Shown: positions 10,931 to 21,965 of the stretch, in pieces
How the letters are laid out: each line of letters begins with the position of its first letter
Numbering within the stretch: position 1 is the first letter of the stretch
Assembly: GCA_040755995.1 (NCBI GenBank)
Contig: JBFMAF010000034.1
Coordinates: forward strand, 1-64,000
DNA: 64,000 nucleotides
Direction of reading: 5' to 3'
DNA from: Acidobacteriota bacterium
GTDB lineage: Bacteria > Acidobacteriota > CAIWXX01
Notes under the pieces: generated by a model
Database searches by the model: none
Told to the model about the DNA's origin: nothing
Seen by the model: the letters and a program-made list of their open reading frames with translations, nothing else
Program-made: the position numbers and the translations under genes

Positions 10931-11544
10931 TGGATCACCTCCAGGAGCCGTCCGAGCGCTCGAACGCTGACGATGAGCTGGTCGTGCCTGAGGATGTCGT
11001 AAGGGTGAACCGTAGGCTCGCCGTGGAAGCTGATTTTTTTCAGATTCTGGATTCCGCGCCTCAGTGCCACATTTTCTGCGGCGTCCAGCACGAGTGCCGA
11101 GCGGACGCCCATCGCCTTAAACAGCGATGCAGCGCTCTTGGTCTTGGAGTCGGGCATGGCGATCTCGTCCAGAACGAGGAGCTTGCCGTCCTGGTACTTT
11201 GCCGCCACGGCCATCCGCAGCGCGGCCCTGCGCATCTGCTTTGGGAAGGCGAGCCTGTAGTCGCGCGGCCGCGGGCCGAACACTGTGCCGCCGTGGCGCC
11301 ACAGAGGCGTGCGGATGGAACCAACGCGGGCGCGCCCGGTGTGCTTCTGCTTCCAGAGCTTCCGGCCGCTCCCCGAGACTTCGGCGCGCGTCTTGGTGCA
11401 GGCCGTGCCCTGGCGCTGGTTGGCCAGGTAGATCTTGACGGACTGCTGCAGCATTGGTGTCGAGACCTTCGCCTGGAAGATCTCCTCGGGCACCTCGATC
11501 TCTCCGACGGTTTCGTTTCGGACGTTCCTGACTTCGAGATTCAC
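10927..11544 (-). CDS. rplD: 50S ribosomal protein L4
   Basis: RQGTACTKTRAEVSGSGRKLWKQKHTGRAR. Confidence 0.98.
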   Translation of the reverse strand: MNLEVRNVRNETVGEIEVPEEIFQAKVSTPMLQQSVKIYLANQRQGTACTKTRAEVSGSGRKLWKQKHTGRARVGSIRTPLWRHGGTVFGPRPRDYRLAFPKQMRRAALRMAVAAKYQDGKLLVLDEIAMPDSKTKSAASLFKAMGVRSALVLDAAENVALRRGIQNLKKISFHGEPTVHPYDILRHDQLIVSVRALGRLLEVIQ

Positions 11545-11555
11545 GGCGCCCTCCC

Positions 11556-12188
11556 CTACTTCCCGGTGCGTCTAATGATCAGGTAGCCGCCGTTGCGTCC
11601 CGGCACGGCCCCTTTCACGACGAGCATGTGCGCATCGGGGTCGACGTGCAGCACCTTCAGATGGCGAACGGTGACGCGGCTGTTTCCCAAGTGCCCTGCG
11701 GCCTTCATCCCTTTGAGCACGCGCGAGGGGTAGGCGGAGGAGCCGATGGACCCGGGTGCGCGGTGGAACATCGAGCCGTGGCTGGCGGCGCCGCCGTGGA
11801 AGTGATGCCGTCTCACCACGCCCGCGAATCCGCGCCCCTTGCTGATTCCGATGACGTCGACCTTCTCGTCCTTCGAGAAGATGGTGACCAGCACCGAGTC
11901 ACCCGGGTTGGTCTGGTCCGCGTCGCCGATCGGGAACTCGCGCAGCATGCGGGCCGGAGGTATGTTGGCGTGCTTCTTGTAATGACCTGCAACGGGCTTC
12001 GTGACGTGCCGGACCGGCTTGGTCTCGACGTAGGCGATCTGGGCGGCCGAATAACCGTCGCGCTCGGTGGTCTTTCGCTGTACGACGACGCACGGGCCGG
12101 CCCGAAGGATTGTGGCCGGCGTGACGCTGCCGTCGTCGTTGAAGACCTGGGTCATCCCGACCTTCTGTCCGATGAGTCCTTCCACCAT
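11556..12188 (-). CDS. rplC: 50S ribosomal protein L3
   Basis: [10 protein letters not shown]...[13 protein letters not shown]. Confidence 0.98.
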   Translation of the reverse strand: MVEGLIGQKVGMTQVFNDDGSVTPATILRAGPCVVVQRKTTERDGYSAAQIAYVETKPVRHVTKPVAGHYKKHANIPPARMLREFPIGDADQTNPGDSVLVTIFSKDEKVDVIGISKGRGFAGVVRRHHFHGGAASHGSMFHRAPGSIGSSAYPSRVLKGMKAAGHLGNSRVTVRHLKVLHVDPDAHMLVVKGAVPGRNGGYLIIRRTGK

Positions 12189-12198
12189 GGTGCCTCCG

Positions 12199-12525
12199 CT
12201 ACTTCACGACTCGCGGGAACGCCTTGATCTCGACATCCACCCCGCTCGGAAGCTCCAGCTTCGTCAACTCATCCACCGTTTTCTGCGTCGGGTCGAGGAT
12301 GTCGATCAGCCGCTTGTGTGTGCGGATCTCGAACTGCTCGCGGCTCTTCTTGTCGACGTGCGGTGAACGCAGCACCGTGATCAGGCTGATCTTAGTCGGC
12401 AAGGGGATCGGCCCGAGCACGCGCGCTCCGCTGCTCCTCGCCCGCCGTACGATCTCGACCGTGGAGGTGTCGAGGACCTTGTGGTCATATGCCTTCAATC
12501 GAATTCGGATCTTTTCTGCTTGCAT
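12199..12525 (-). CDS. rpsJ: 30S ribosomal protein S10
   Basis: [11 protein letters not shown]...[14 protein letters not shown]. Confidence 0.98.
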   Translation of the reverse strand: MQAEKIRIRLKAYDHKVLDTSTVEIVRRARSSGARVLGPIPLPTKISLITVLRSPHVDKKSREQFEIRTHKRLIDILDPTQKTVDELTKLELPSGVDVEIKAFPRVVK

Positions 12526-12735
12526 GGCCTTCGCCGGTCCTTTGAGCTATTGAAAAAACCGTATTGAGAATCCCCTGGCAGAACGTCGCCGCGGCTGATA
12601 GACGGGGCATCCGCCTGCTCCTTCGCGCACACGACAGATCCGTTCGGCTCTGTCGAGCGCGCTATCCATGGCGTGACTTCCGTATCTCATGCGACTCCGT
12701 CCCTCCTCGGACCTAGTTCCAAGGTCGAAACGCCG

Positions 12736-12763
12736 AGTATACCACACATCCTCACCGTCTCAA
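12736..12763 (-). promoter_or_regulatory. sigma70 promoter of the S10 operon
   Basis: TTGAGA-16 nt-TATACT with an extended -10 TG, just after the fusA stop. Confidence 0.65.
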
Positions 12764-12771
12764 AGCGCATT

Positions 12772-14862
<2,091 letters not shown>

Positions 14863-15236
14863 GAATCTACTCCGGGCACGCTGCCCGGCACTCGGCGCTC
14901 AGTACGCGGTCGTGGAGCCGAGAGCCGTGGAGCGAGGAGAGTCTAGGAGAGCGTGACGGCGGCCGGCGCAGGAAACAACAATGGAGCAGTGGGCTCCCAC
15001 AGCCCTGTCTCTTGCATTCTGCTCTCTTCATGGAACCGCCTGCTCGACTGCTCGTTCAGTTTCAAGATCATCCGGGTAGTTGACGGACCTGCCACCTCGC
15101 GCCGGTCCACCGTGCGTGGTTCACAGCCGTCGTAGTGACCGGCAGACGACTTCTCGCTGTCCGCGCGTCTCCGCGTCTCCACGTCGTGCCTCTGGTCACC
15201 ACGCTGCCTCTGCCTTCCTATAAAGCCTATACGCCT

Positions 15237-15707
15237 CTACCAACGATAATGAGCGAACGCCTTGTTGGCCTCCGCCATCTTGTGCGTGTCTTCGCGCTTC
15301 TTGATCGCCGCGCCCTTGTTGTTCGACGCGTCCAGGATCTCCGCGGCCAGCTTGTCCTGCATCGTCCGCTCGGGGCGCGCCTTCGAGTAGTTGATAAGCC
15401 AGCGCAGGGCCAACGACACCCGCCGGTTCGTGGTCACCTCCACCGGCACCTGGTAGGTCGAACCGCCGACGCGACGGCTCTTCACCTCGAGGCTCGGCTT
15501 CAGGTTGTCCATGGCCTTCTTGAAGATCTTGAGCGGATCGTCATTCGCCTTCTTCTTGATGAGGTCGAGCGCCGTGTAGACGATCCTCTCGGAGGTCGTC
15601 TTCTTCCCCTGCCGCTGTACGGCGTTGATCAGCTGGCTCAGAAGTGCACTGTTGTATATGGGATCAGGTGGTATCTCGCGTTTCTGAATCTCTCGTCTGC
15701 GCGGCAT
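15237..15707 (-). CDS. rpsG: 30S ribosomal protein S7
   Basis: MPRRREI...[15 protein letters not shown]; 156 aa. Confidence 0.98.
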   Translation of the reverse strand: MPRRREIQKREIPPDPIYNSALLSQLINAVQRQGKKTTSERIVYTALDLIKKKANDDPLKIFKKAMDNLKPSLEVKSRRVGGSTYQVPVEVTTNRRVSLALRWLINYSKARPERTMQDKLAAEILDASNNKGAAIKKREDTHKMAEANKAFAHYRW

Positions 15708-15709
15708 GG

Positions 15710-16126
15710 CTATTGACTCCGTTCCGGCTTGGACTTCGGACGCTTGCTCCCGTACTTCGACCTGCCGCGCATGCGGCGGGCGTTCGCCGCCGTGGATTGG
15801 TTCTCCACACCCGCGCAGTCCAGGGTTCCGCGGATCACGTGGTACCGCACGCCCGGAAGATCCTTGACCCTGCCGCCGCGAATCAGCACAATCGAGTGCT
15901 CCTGAAGATTGTGCCCTATGCCCGGGATGTAGGTGGTCACTTCGATTCCGTTCGTCAGGCGCACGCGGGCCACCTTCCGCAGGGCCGAGTTCGGTTTCTT
16001 GGGGGTGGTTGTGTACACGCGTGTGCAGACACCGCGCTTCTGGGGGCAGCCCAGCAAAGCCGGGCTCTTCGTCTTCGATCTCTGCAGCGTCCGGCCCTTC
16101 CGGATCAGCTGATTGATTGTCGGCAC
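15710..16126 (-). CDS. rpsL: 30S ribosomal protein S12
   Basis: MPTINQL...[11 protein letters not shown]...[12 protein letters not shown]. Confidence 0.98.
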   Translation of the reverse strand: MPTINQLIRKGRTLQRSKTKSPALLGCPQKRGVCTRVYTTTPKKPNSALRKVARVRLTNGIEVTTYIPGIGHNLQEHSIVLIRGGRVKDLPGVRYHVIRGTLDCAGVENQSTAANARRMRGRSKYGSKRPKSKPERSQ

Positions 16127-16206
16127 GTATCCTCCTTAGAACCAGTCCAACGCTACCCGCGGGCTGCACACACCCATCGGTCTCGCCCGTACGGGACAAG
16201 CGCCAG

Positions 16207-16235
16207 ATTCTATAGAATCAATCGCCTGCTGTCAA
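16207..16235 (-). promoter_or_regulatory. sigma70 promoter of the str operon
   Basis: TTGACA-17 nt-TAGAAT upstream of rpsL. Confidence 0.85.
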
Positions 16236-16288
16236 ACATTTTCGCGGAGGCGGAGGCGCTGAGGCGCCGGCGGAGCTCGCATGTTGAG

Positions 16289-16318
16289 TTGACACTTCGG
16301 CTTGCGTACGGCGATAAT
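16289..16318 (+). promoter_or_regulatory. sigma70 promoter of the Uma2 gene
   Basis: TTGACA-18 nt-GATAAT. Confidence 0.6.
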
Positions 16319-16355
16319 TGGAATTGGACCGCGGGGACGGTCAGAGGTGATTCCG

Positions 16356-17042
16356 ATGAGTTCCATCGCCGCTAGCAGCACAGCGATTCACTACCCCGAG
16401 TCCGATGGCAGACCTATGGTCGAAACAGACGCCCACTATCGGGAAATGACACGCCTGAAATTCGCCCTGGAGGTTTTCTTCGAGAAGAACCCCGCCGTCT
16501 ATGTTGGCGCCAACCTGATGATGTACTACTTGGAGGGCGATCCAACGAAGTGTGTCTCGCCGGATGTATTCGTCGCATTTGGCATAGCGAAGGGCGAGCG
16601 GCGCACATTCAAGATCTGGGAAGAAGGCAAAGGGCCGGATGTCGTCTTCGAGTTGACGTCCGACAGTACACGCGCGGAGGACCTGGGATTCAAACGGTGG
16701 CTTTACGGCGAGCTGGGCGTGCGGGAGTTTTTTGTTTTTGACCCGCTCCGGCAATACCTGCAGCCGGTGCTGCGAGGGTTCCGGCTCACCGGCAATGAAT
16801 TCATGTCTATCACCGCGGAGCCGGCGGCGTCCGGTGAGCTTCGGATGAGAAGCGCTGTGCTCGGATTGGACCTCGTGGTCCGGGGAAACGAGCTGTGGCT
16901 CCTGGATGCCAGGACCGGGAGATGGTTGCTTGGACCGCACGAGACCGAGGAGGCCAGGCGCCAGGCCGAAGAAGCGCGCGAGGCTGCGGAGAGGGAAGTC
17001 GAGCGACTGCGGGCCGAGTTACAGCGATTGCGGCCTGAGTAG
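16356..17042 (+). CDS. Uma2-family (PD-(D/E)XK) putative endonuclease with coiled-coil tail
   Basis: YPESDGRPM.ET..H, SPDVFV, PDVVFELTS.ST, LGVREFFVFDP. Confidence 0.9.
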   Translation: MSSIAASSTAIHYPESDGRPMVETDAHYREMTRLKFALEVFFEKNPAVYVGANLMMYYLEGDPTKCVSPDVFVAFGIAKGERRTFKIWEEGKGPDVVFELTSDSTRAEDLGFKRWLYGELGVREFFVFDPLRQYLQPVLRGFRLTGNEFMSITAEPAASGELRMRSAVLGLDLVVRGNELWLLDARTGRWLLGPHETEEARRQAEEAREAAEREVERLRAELQRLRPE

Positions 17043-17081
17043 CCTTGGGTTCCAGGTGGCTGGCGGCACGCCAGCCGCGCC

Positions 17082-18632
17082 TTAGTGCCAGAAGTGGCGG
17101 ATTCCCGTAAGCACCATCGAAATGCCAAGGCGGTTGGCGGCGGCGATGACCTCGGCGTCCCGCACGCTGCCCCCGGGCTGGATGATCGCCGCGACGCCTG
17201 CGGCTGAGGCCTCCTCGACGTTGTCCGGGAACGGGAAGAAGCCGTCGCTCGCCAGGCAGGCGCCGGCCGTCGGCTTCAACGAACGCCGCACGGCAAGGCG
17301 CACAGAATCGACGCGGTTCATCTGACCGGCGCCGATTCCGATCGCCTGCGCGTCCTTCGCGATCACGATCGCGTTGCTCTTCACGTGCTTTGCGACCTTC
17401 CACGCGAAGATGAGGTCCTCCATCTCGGCCTCAGAAGGCCTCCTGTCGGTGGCGACCTGGAGCCGGTCGCGGTTGAGCAGGAGCGCGTCGGCTTCCTGGA
17501 CGAGGATACCCACGGCGAGCGATTGCAGCTCAGTTCGCGGCGCGCGGAAGGTGGTCGCAACCTTCAGCAGCCGGAGCGCCTTCTTCCTGCCGAGAATCTC
17601 CAGCGCCTCCGGGTCGTAAGACGGAGCGATGACGACCTCCAGGAATATGTCGACCATGCGCGAGGCAGCATCGGCGTCCACGGTCCGGTTGAATGCCACG
17701 ATGCCGCCGAAGGCCGAGACCGGGTCGCAATCGAGCGCACGCTGCCACGTGTCGGCAGGGTTCAATCCCTCGGCGGCACCGCAGGGGTTGTTGTGCTTGA
17801 TGACGGCGCACGCCGGCGCGTCGAACTCGCGCACCAACTTCCACGCGGAATCGGCGTCGCGCCAGTTGTTGTAAGAGATCTCCTTGCCCTGAAGCTGGTG
17901 CCAGGCGATATCCTGTCCCGCCGTGTACAGCGCCGCCCGCTGGTGTGGGTTCTCCCCATACCGCAGCGCCGCCTGGCGCGTCAGGTGGAGACTCAAGGTA
18001 TCGGGCAGAACCTCGTCGGCCGGTACGTAGCGACTGTGGTCAGCCTCGACCTGCAGGCGTGAGAAGTAGCCCGCGATCGCGCGATCGTATGCGTGGATTC
18101 GCTGGAACGCCTTGCATGCAAGACGCACACGCGTGCTCAACGAGAGGCCCTTCATCTCGCCAAGAACCACGGCGTAGTCTTCCGGATCGACCACGACGCC
18201 GACATGGGCGAAGTTCTTGGCGGCGCTTCTGACCAGCGCAGGGCCTCCTATGTCGATGTTCTCGATCACTGTGGCCACATCGGCCGGATCGCGCGCGACG
18301 GCGTCTTCGAAGGGATAGAAGTTCACGACTACGAGATCGATCGGCCCGCCGCCCACCTCCCTCAGCCCGCGGTCGTCTTCGTCCAGCCCTCTGCGCGTGA
18401 GTATCCCCGCGTGGATCTTGGGATGAAGCGTCTTCACGCGACCGCCGAGAATCTCGGGCGACCCCGTATAAGTCGCGATGTCAATCGCTTCAATACCGCG
18501 TTCGCGCAGGAAATGAAACGTGCCCCCGCTGCTCAGTATCTCGCAACCGGCTTCGACGAGCCCGCGCGCGAATGCTTCCAGCCCTCGCTTGTTGTATACG
18601 CTGATCAGTGCCCTTCTGACCGTGACGCTCAT
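17082..18632 (-). CDS. purH: Bifunctional AICAR transformylase/IMP cyclohydrolase
   Basis: GGRVKTLHPKIH, IDIGGP, LRYGENPHQ, KHVKSNAI, SDGFFPF. Confidence 0.97.
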   Translation of the reverse strand: MSVTVRRALISVYNKRGLEAFARGLVEAGCEILSSGGTFHFLRERGIEAIDIATYTGSPEILGGRVKTLHPKIHAGILTRRGLDEDDRGLREVGGGPIDLVVVNFYPFEDAVARDPADVATVIENIDIGGPALVRSAAKNFAHVGVVVDPEDYAVVLGEMKGLSLSTRVRLACKAFQRIHAYDRAIAGYFSRLQVEADHSRYVPADEVLPDTLSLHLTRQAALRYGENPHQRAALYTAGQDIAWHQLQGKEISYNNWRDADSAWKLVREFDAPACAVIKHNNPCGAAEGLNPADTWQRALDCDPVSAFGGIVAFNRTVDADAASRMVDIFLEVVIAPSYDPEALEILGRKKALRLLKVATTFRAPRTELQSLAVGILVQEADALLLNRDRLQVATDRRPSEAEMEDLIFAWKVAKHVKSNAIVIAKDAQAIGIGAGQMNRVDSVRLAVRRSLKPTAGACLASDGFFPFPDNVEEASAAGVAAIIQPGGSVRDAEVIAAANRLGISMVLTGIRHFWH

Positions 18633-18651
18633 GGCCGTCCTCCGCAAGATC

Positions 18652-18700
18652 GGTTCAAGGTTCCCGGTTCAAGGTTCTCGGTGCCCAGTGCTCAGTGATC
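18652..18700. repeat. Seven degenerate tandem heptamers
   Basis: ggttcaa ggttccc ggttcaa ggttctc ggtgccc agtgctc agtgatc. Confidence 0.75.
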
Positions 18701-18882
18701 GAGCACCCGTTCATACCGGAGCCAAGATACCTGATGGCGCCTCGCCGATCAAGCGCGGTCTCCCACCCCCACCCCCACCCACTCTCTATGCGAAACGCGG
18801 CCAGAGCGAGTTCGCATGCGTCGTTGGTCCCAGGCCGCGCCTCCCTGCTGCGTCCTTGAGCGACCTTAGGTAGAATGGCACC

Positions 18883-20067
18883 GTGGACAGTGTGGATGTG
18901 CTCATCGTGGGCGCGGGGCCGGCGGGTGTCAGCACGGCGCTTCATCTCCTCAAGATCGACCCGGCGTACGGCCCGCGCGTGGTCGTGATCGAGCGCGCGG
19001 CCTCGCCGCGGAACAAGGTTTGCGGAGGCGGCGTGACAGGCGCAGGATTGGATCTGCTCCGCCACCTCCGGGTCGCCCTGCCCACGCAGACCCAACCGAT
19101 CCGGACGGTACGCTTCCGCCGGGGCCAGAGGATCCTGGACTTCCCTGAGCGCACCGGCACGGTGGTCGTCAGCCGCAGAGATCTCGACCGGTGCCTGCTG
19201 GAGGGCGCGCGGGCCGCGTCGATCACCGTCCGGGAGGGTGAGGCGTACCAGGGCTGCCGGCGCGACGGGGACCGCATCCTGGTCACATCGGACAAGACCC
19301 GCTACGCCTGCAGAGTGCTGGTGGGTGCCGACGGCTCCGCGAGCCGGGTGGCGGTTCTCTTCGGTGCGCGGCGGATGATGGGCGGGCTTCGGGTAGAGCT
19401 GCCGCTGTCGGAGGAATCCGCGGAGGCACAGTGGGAGTTCCAGAACGCGGCGATGACTTTCGACTTCACCCCCCTCAGCAAAGGGTGGTACGGATACCTG
19501 TGGCGCTTCCCATCGGTGGGATTGGGGAGAAAACTGTTGAACCTTGGTTTTTTCTACAATCGTAGAAGAAACACGTACGGTGGATTGAGCCCGCGACAAT
19601 ACCTCCGCGACTTCGTGGACGATCAAGGCTTTCCTGGGCTCGGGCGGATCCAGGCGGCCGCCATTCGCCCGTTCCGCTTCCGGCAGGCATTCTCGGCCCC
19701 CGGCATCCTCCTCGCCGGCGATGCCATCGGCACGGATCCTCTGCTGGGCGAGGGGATCTCGGAGGCGATACTGGGCGGGAAGCTGGCGGCTGAGGAGATC
19801 CATGAAGGCCTGTCTCGAAACGACGTGTCCTTCACTGGGTACAGGCACCGCGTCATGGCATCGCGCCTGGGTTCGTGGTTCCGGTCCACGTGGGTGCTCG
19901 CCCGGCTCTTCTACAGCCCGATGAACTCGTTCTGGTTGCGCATGGTCTTCGAGAGCCCATCGGTCAGGCGGTACGTTCAGGAGCGTTTCTCCGGGTATCC
20001 CGACTTCGGACGCGACAAGCGCGCGCTGCTCGGGCTTCTTCTCCGGTACACCTTGTACAGAGGCTGA
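18883..20067 (+). CDS. Geranylgeranyl-reductase-family FAD oxidoreductase
   Basis: IVGAGPAG, RNKVCGGG, GADG, GYLWRFP, LAGDA..DPLLGEGI. Confidence 0.85.
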   Translation: MDSVDVLIVGAGPAGVSTALHLLKIDPAYGPRVVVIERAASPRNKVCGGGVTGAGLDLLRHLRVALPTQTQPIRTVRFRRGQRILDFPERTGTVVVSRRDLDRCLLEGARAASITVREGEAYQGCRRDGDRILVTSDKTRYACRVLVGADGSASRVAVLFGARRMMGGLRVELPLSEESAEAQWEFQNAAMTFDFTPLSKGWYGYLWRFPSVGLGRKLLNLGFFYNRRRNTYGGLSPRQYLRDFVDDQGFPGLGRIQAAAIRPFRFRQAFSAPGILLAGDAIGTDPLLGEGISEAILGGKLAAEEIHEGLSRNDVSFTGYRHRVMASRLGSWFRSTWVLARLFYSPMNSFWLRMVFESPSVRRYVQERFSGYPDFGRDKRALLGLLLRYTLYRG

Positions 20068-20068
20068 G

Positions 20069-20794
20069 ATGCATCATCCGCGCTTCTACGTCGAATACCT
20101 CGATGCCGCAGCCACCGTGGTGGAGCTTCGCGCGGAGAACCTGCACCATCTTCGAGACGTCCTGCGGCTCGGCGTCGGCGAGATCATCATGGTGTTCGAC
20201 GCCGGGCGGAAGTTCGTCCAGTGCGAGATCGAGAGAGTAGGACGAGATGCAGCGGTGGCGCGCGTCGAGCGATCGGGGCTGATGCAGCCGCCCTCACTTC
20301 ACCTGCACCTCGGTCTCGCCCTCCTGCAGCCTCAGAAGATCGAACTGGTCCTGCAGAAGGCCGCTGAGTGGGGCGTGTCGAAACTGACGCCGCTCATCAG
20401 CAGGCGGTCGCGCAGCCTGGCCCGCCACAAGAGCGATCGGTGGCAGAGGATCGCCATAGAGGCCGCTTGCCAGTCGGAGTCGGCAATCGTCCTCCGTATT
20501 GATGAGGCGGCTCCCTTGCCTGACTTCGTTGCGCATCAGACGGGTCTACGGTTGCTCCTCGATGAAGAAGGCGGGACTCCCCTTCGTGATTTCCTGCGAG
20601 AATCCAACCCCGTGTTCGTTACCGTGCTCGTCGGCCCGGAGGGCGGTTGGGATAGAGGCGAGGTCGCCGAGACCGAGGCACACGGGTTCCTTCGCGCATC
20701 TCTCGGCCCGCACAACCTCCGCTCGGAAACGGCGGCAATCTCCGCCGTAGCATTGCTGATGCATCAATGGGGGATGGGATCGCCGCGCGCATAG
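20069..20794 (+). CDS. rsmE: 16S rRNA m3U1498 methyltransferase
   Basis: HHLRDVLRL, QKAAEWG, VGPEGG, LRSETA. Confidence 0.92.
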   Translation: MHHPRFYVEYLDAAATVVELRAENLHHLRDVLRLGVGEIIMVFDAGRKFVQCEIERVGRDAAVARVERSGLMQPPSLHLHLGLALLQPQKIELVLQKAAEWGVSKLTPLISRRSRSLARHKSDRWQRIAIEAACQSESAIVLRIDEAAPLPDFVAHQTGLRLLLDEEGGTPLRDFLRESNPVFVTVLVGPEGGWDRGEVAETEAHGFLRASLGPHNLRSETAAISAVALLMHQWGMGSPRA

Positions 20795-20894
20795 GGCGAC
20801 GCATGCGTTGGCCGTTGGTCCCCCAATGCCGCGATTTGCCTTTGATTAATCCGCGGATTGAGGTATCGTAGGGGCCAATTTTCGGGAGGGAAGT

Positions 20895-21728
20895 ATGCCG
20901 ATTGTGACGATTTCTAGGGGGACGATGAGCGGTGGGCACGCGCTTGCGGAATGCCTGGCTGCCAAGCTCAACGTGCCCAGTGTCGCCAGCGAGATCATTA
21001 CCGAAGCCGCCTCCAAGGTTGGGTCATCGGAAGAGGTTCTGACCAAGAAGCTCGAGAAGAGCCCCGGCGTGTGGGACCGGATGACCTCGGAACGGCGCGT
21101 GTACGTCGTGGCGATGCAGGCGGCACTGGCCGAGCACGCCGCGTCGGGAAACCTCGTGTACCACGGCCGCGCGGGGCACATGCTCTTGCGAGGCGTGCCG
21201 GCAGTGCTCAGGGTGAGGTTGATCGCACCCATGGACATGCGCATCCGGGCCGTCGTCGACAAGCACAAGATGGGCCGGCGTGAGGCAGAGGAGTACATTC
21301 ACCAGGTGGACGAAGACCGCGTGCGCTGGGCGAAGTTCATCTATGGGGTGGATCTTCGCGAGCCTGCGCTCTACGACATGGTCCTAAGCCTCGAAACCAT
21401 GTCGATTGCCACTGCGTGCACGGTCGTGGCCGAAGCGCTCCGGCAGCCCGAGTACGCGATCACCGGCGAGGTCAAGAAGAAGCTGGCCGACTTCGTTCTG
21501 GCCAGCAAAGTCCGACTGGCCCTGGCCACGCACGCAGCCAGCCGGCATCTGGAGCTCGACGTCCAGGCTGACGGCGGGAACGTGACCATCACCGGCGAGG
21601 CGCCGCAGCCGGCCATGCTGACGCACGTCAGCACGATGTTGGAGCAGGAGTTGACGGCGGTGGCGAGGGGTGTGGAGGGTGTCGAGAAGGTCGATCTGAA
21701 GGTGCGGCCATTCGACGCGTATCACTAG
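20895..21728 (+). CDS. Cytidylate-kinase-like protein with C-terminal BON domain (paralog 1)
   Basis: IVTISRGTMSGG, VYHGRAGH, LRVRLIAP, YDMVL; BON-like tail. Confidence 0.85.
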   Translation: MPIVTISRGTMSGGHALAECLAAKLNVPSVASEIITEAASKVGSSEEVLTKKLEKSPGVWDRMTSERRVYVVAMQAALAEHAASGNLVYHGRAGHMLLRGVPAVLRVRLIAPMDMRIRAVVDKHKMGRREAEEYIHQVDEDRVRWAKFIYGVDLREPALYDMVLSLETMSIATACTVVAEALRQPEYAITGEVKKKLADFVLASKVRLALATHAASRHLELDVQADGGNVTITGEAPQPAMLTHVSTMLEQELTAVARGVEGVEKVDLKVRPFDAYH

Positions 21729-21776
21729 GCGAACCGGCAGTGCGCACATGGATTGAGCTACTGAGGAGGTGAACCG

Positions 21777-21965
21777 ATGGCTTTTCTGGATTGGCTCCAG
21801 GCGTTGGGAAAGGATGCAAATCCAGCGGCAGAGGGATTTCAGGCGCAGCCCCTGTACATCCTGGCCTGCGTTGTGTTGCCAGTAACGATCGGACTAGTTG
21901 TGGGATTCGGACTGCGCCTGGCTGAGCGTCTGTTCGGAGTCGAATTGGGCAGAGGAGGGCATTGA
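21777..21965 (+). CDS. Small single-pass membrane protein
   Basis: GGAGG RBS, hydrophobic segment, TGATG overlap with the TauE gene. Confidence 0.65.
   Translation: MAFLDWLQALGKDANPAAEGFQAQPLYILACVVLPVTIGLVVGFGLRLAERLFGVELGRGGH

Noticed and set aside
12690..12725. SRP RNA-like AGGTCCG...GGAGG motif on the minus strand
   Set aside because: It lacks the GGAAG...AGCAG core; better explained as part of the S10 leader.
15708..16199. 320-aa extended rpsG ORF (also the extended rpsN 6086-6874 and rplE ORFs)
   Set aside because: Upstream in-frame extensions overlap real neighbouring genes; canonical starts with RBS exist.
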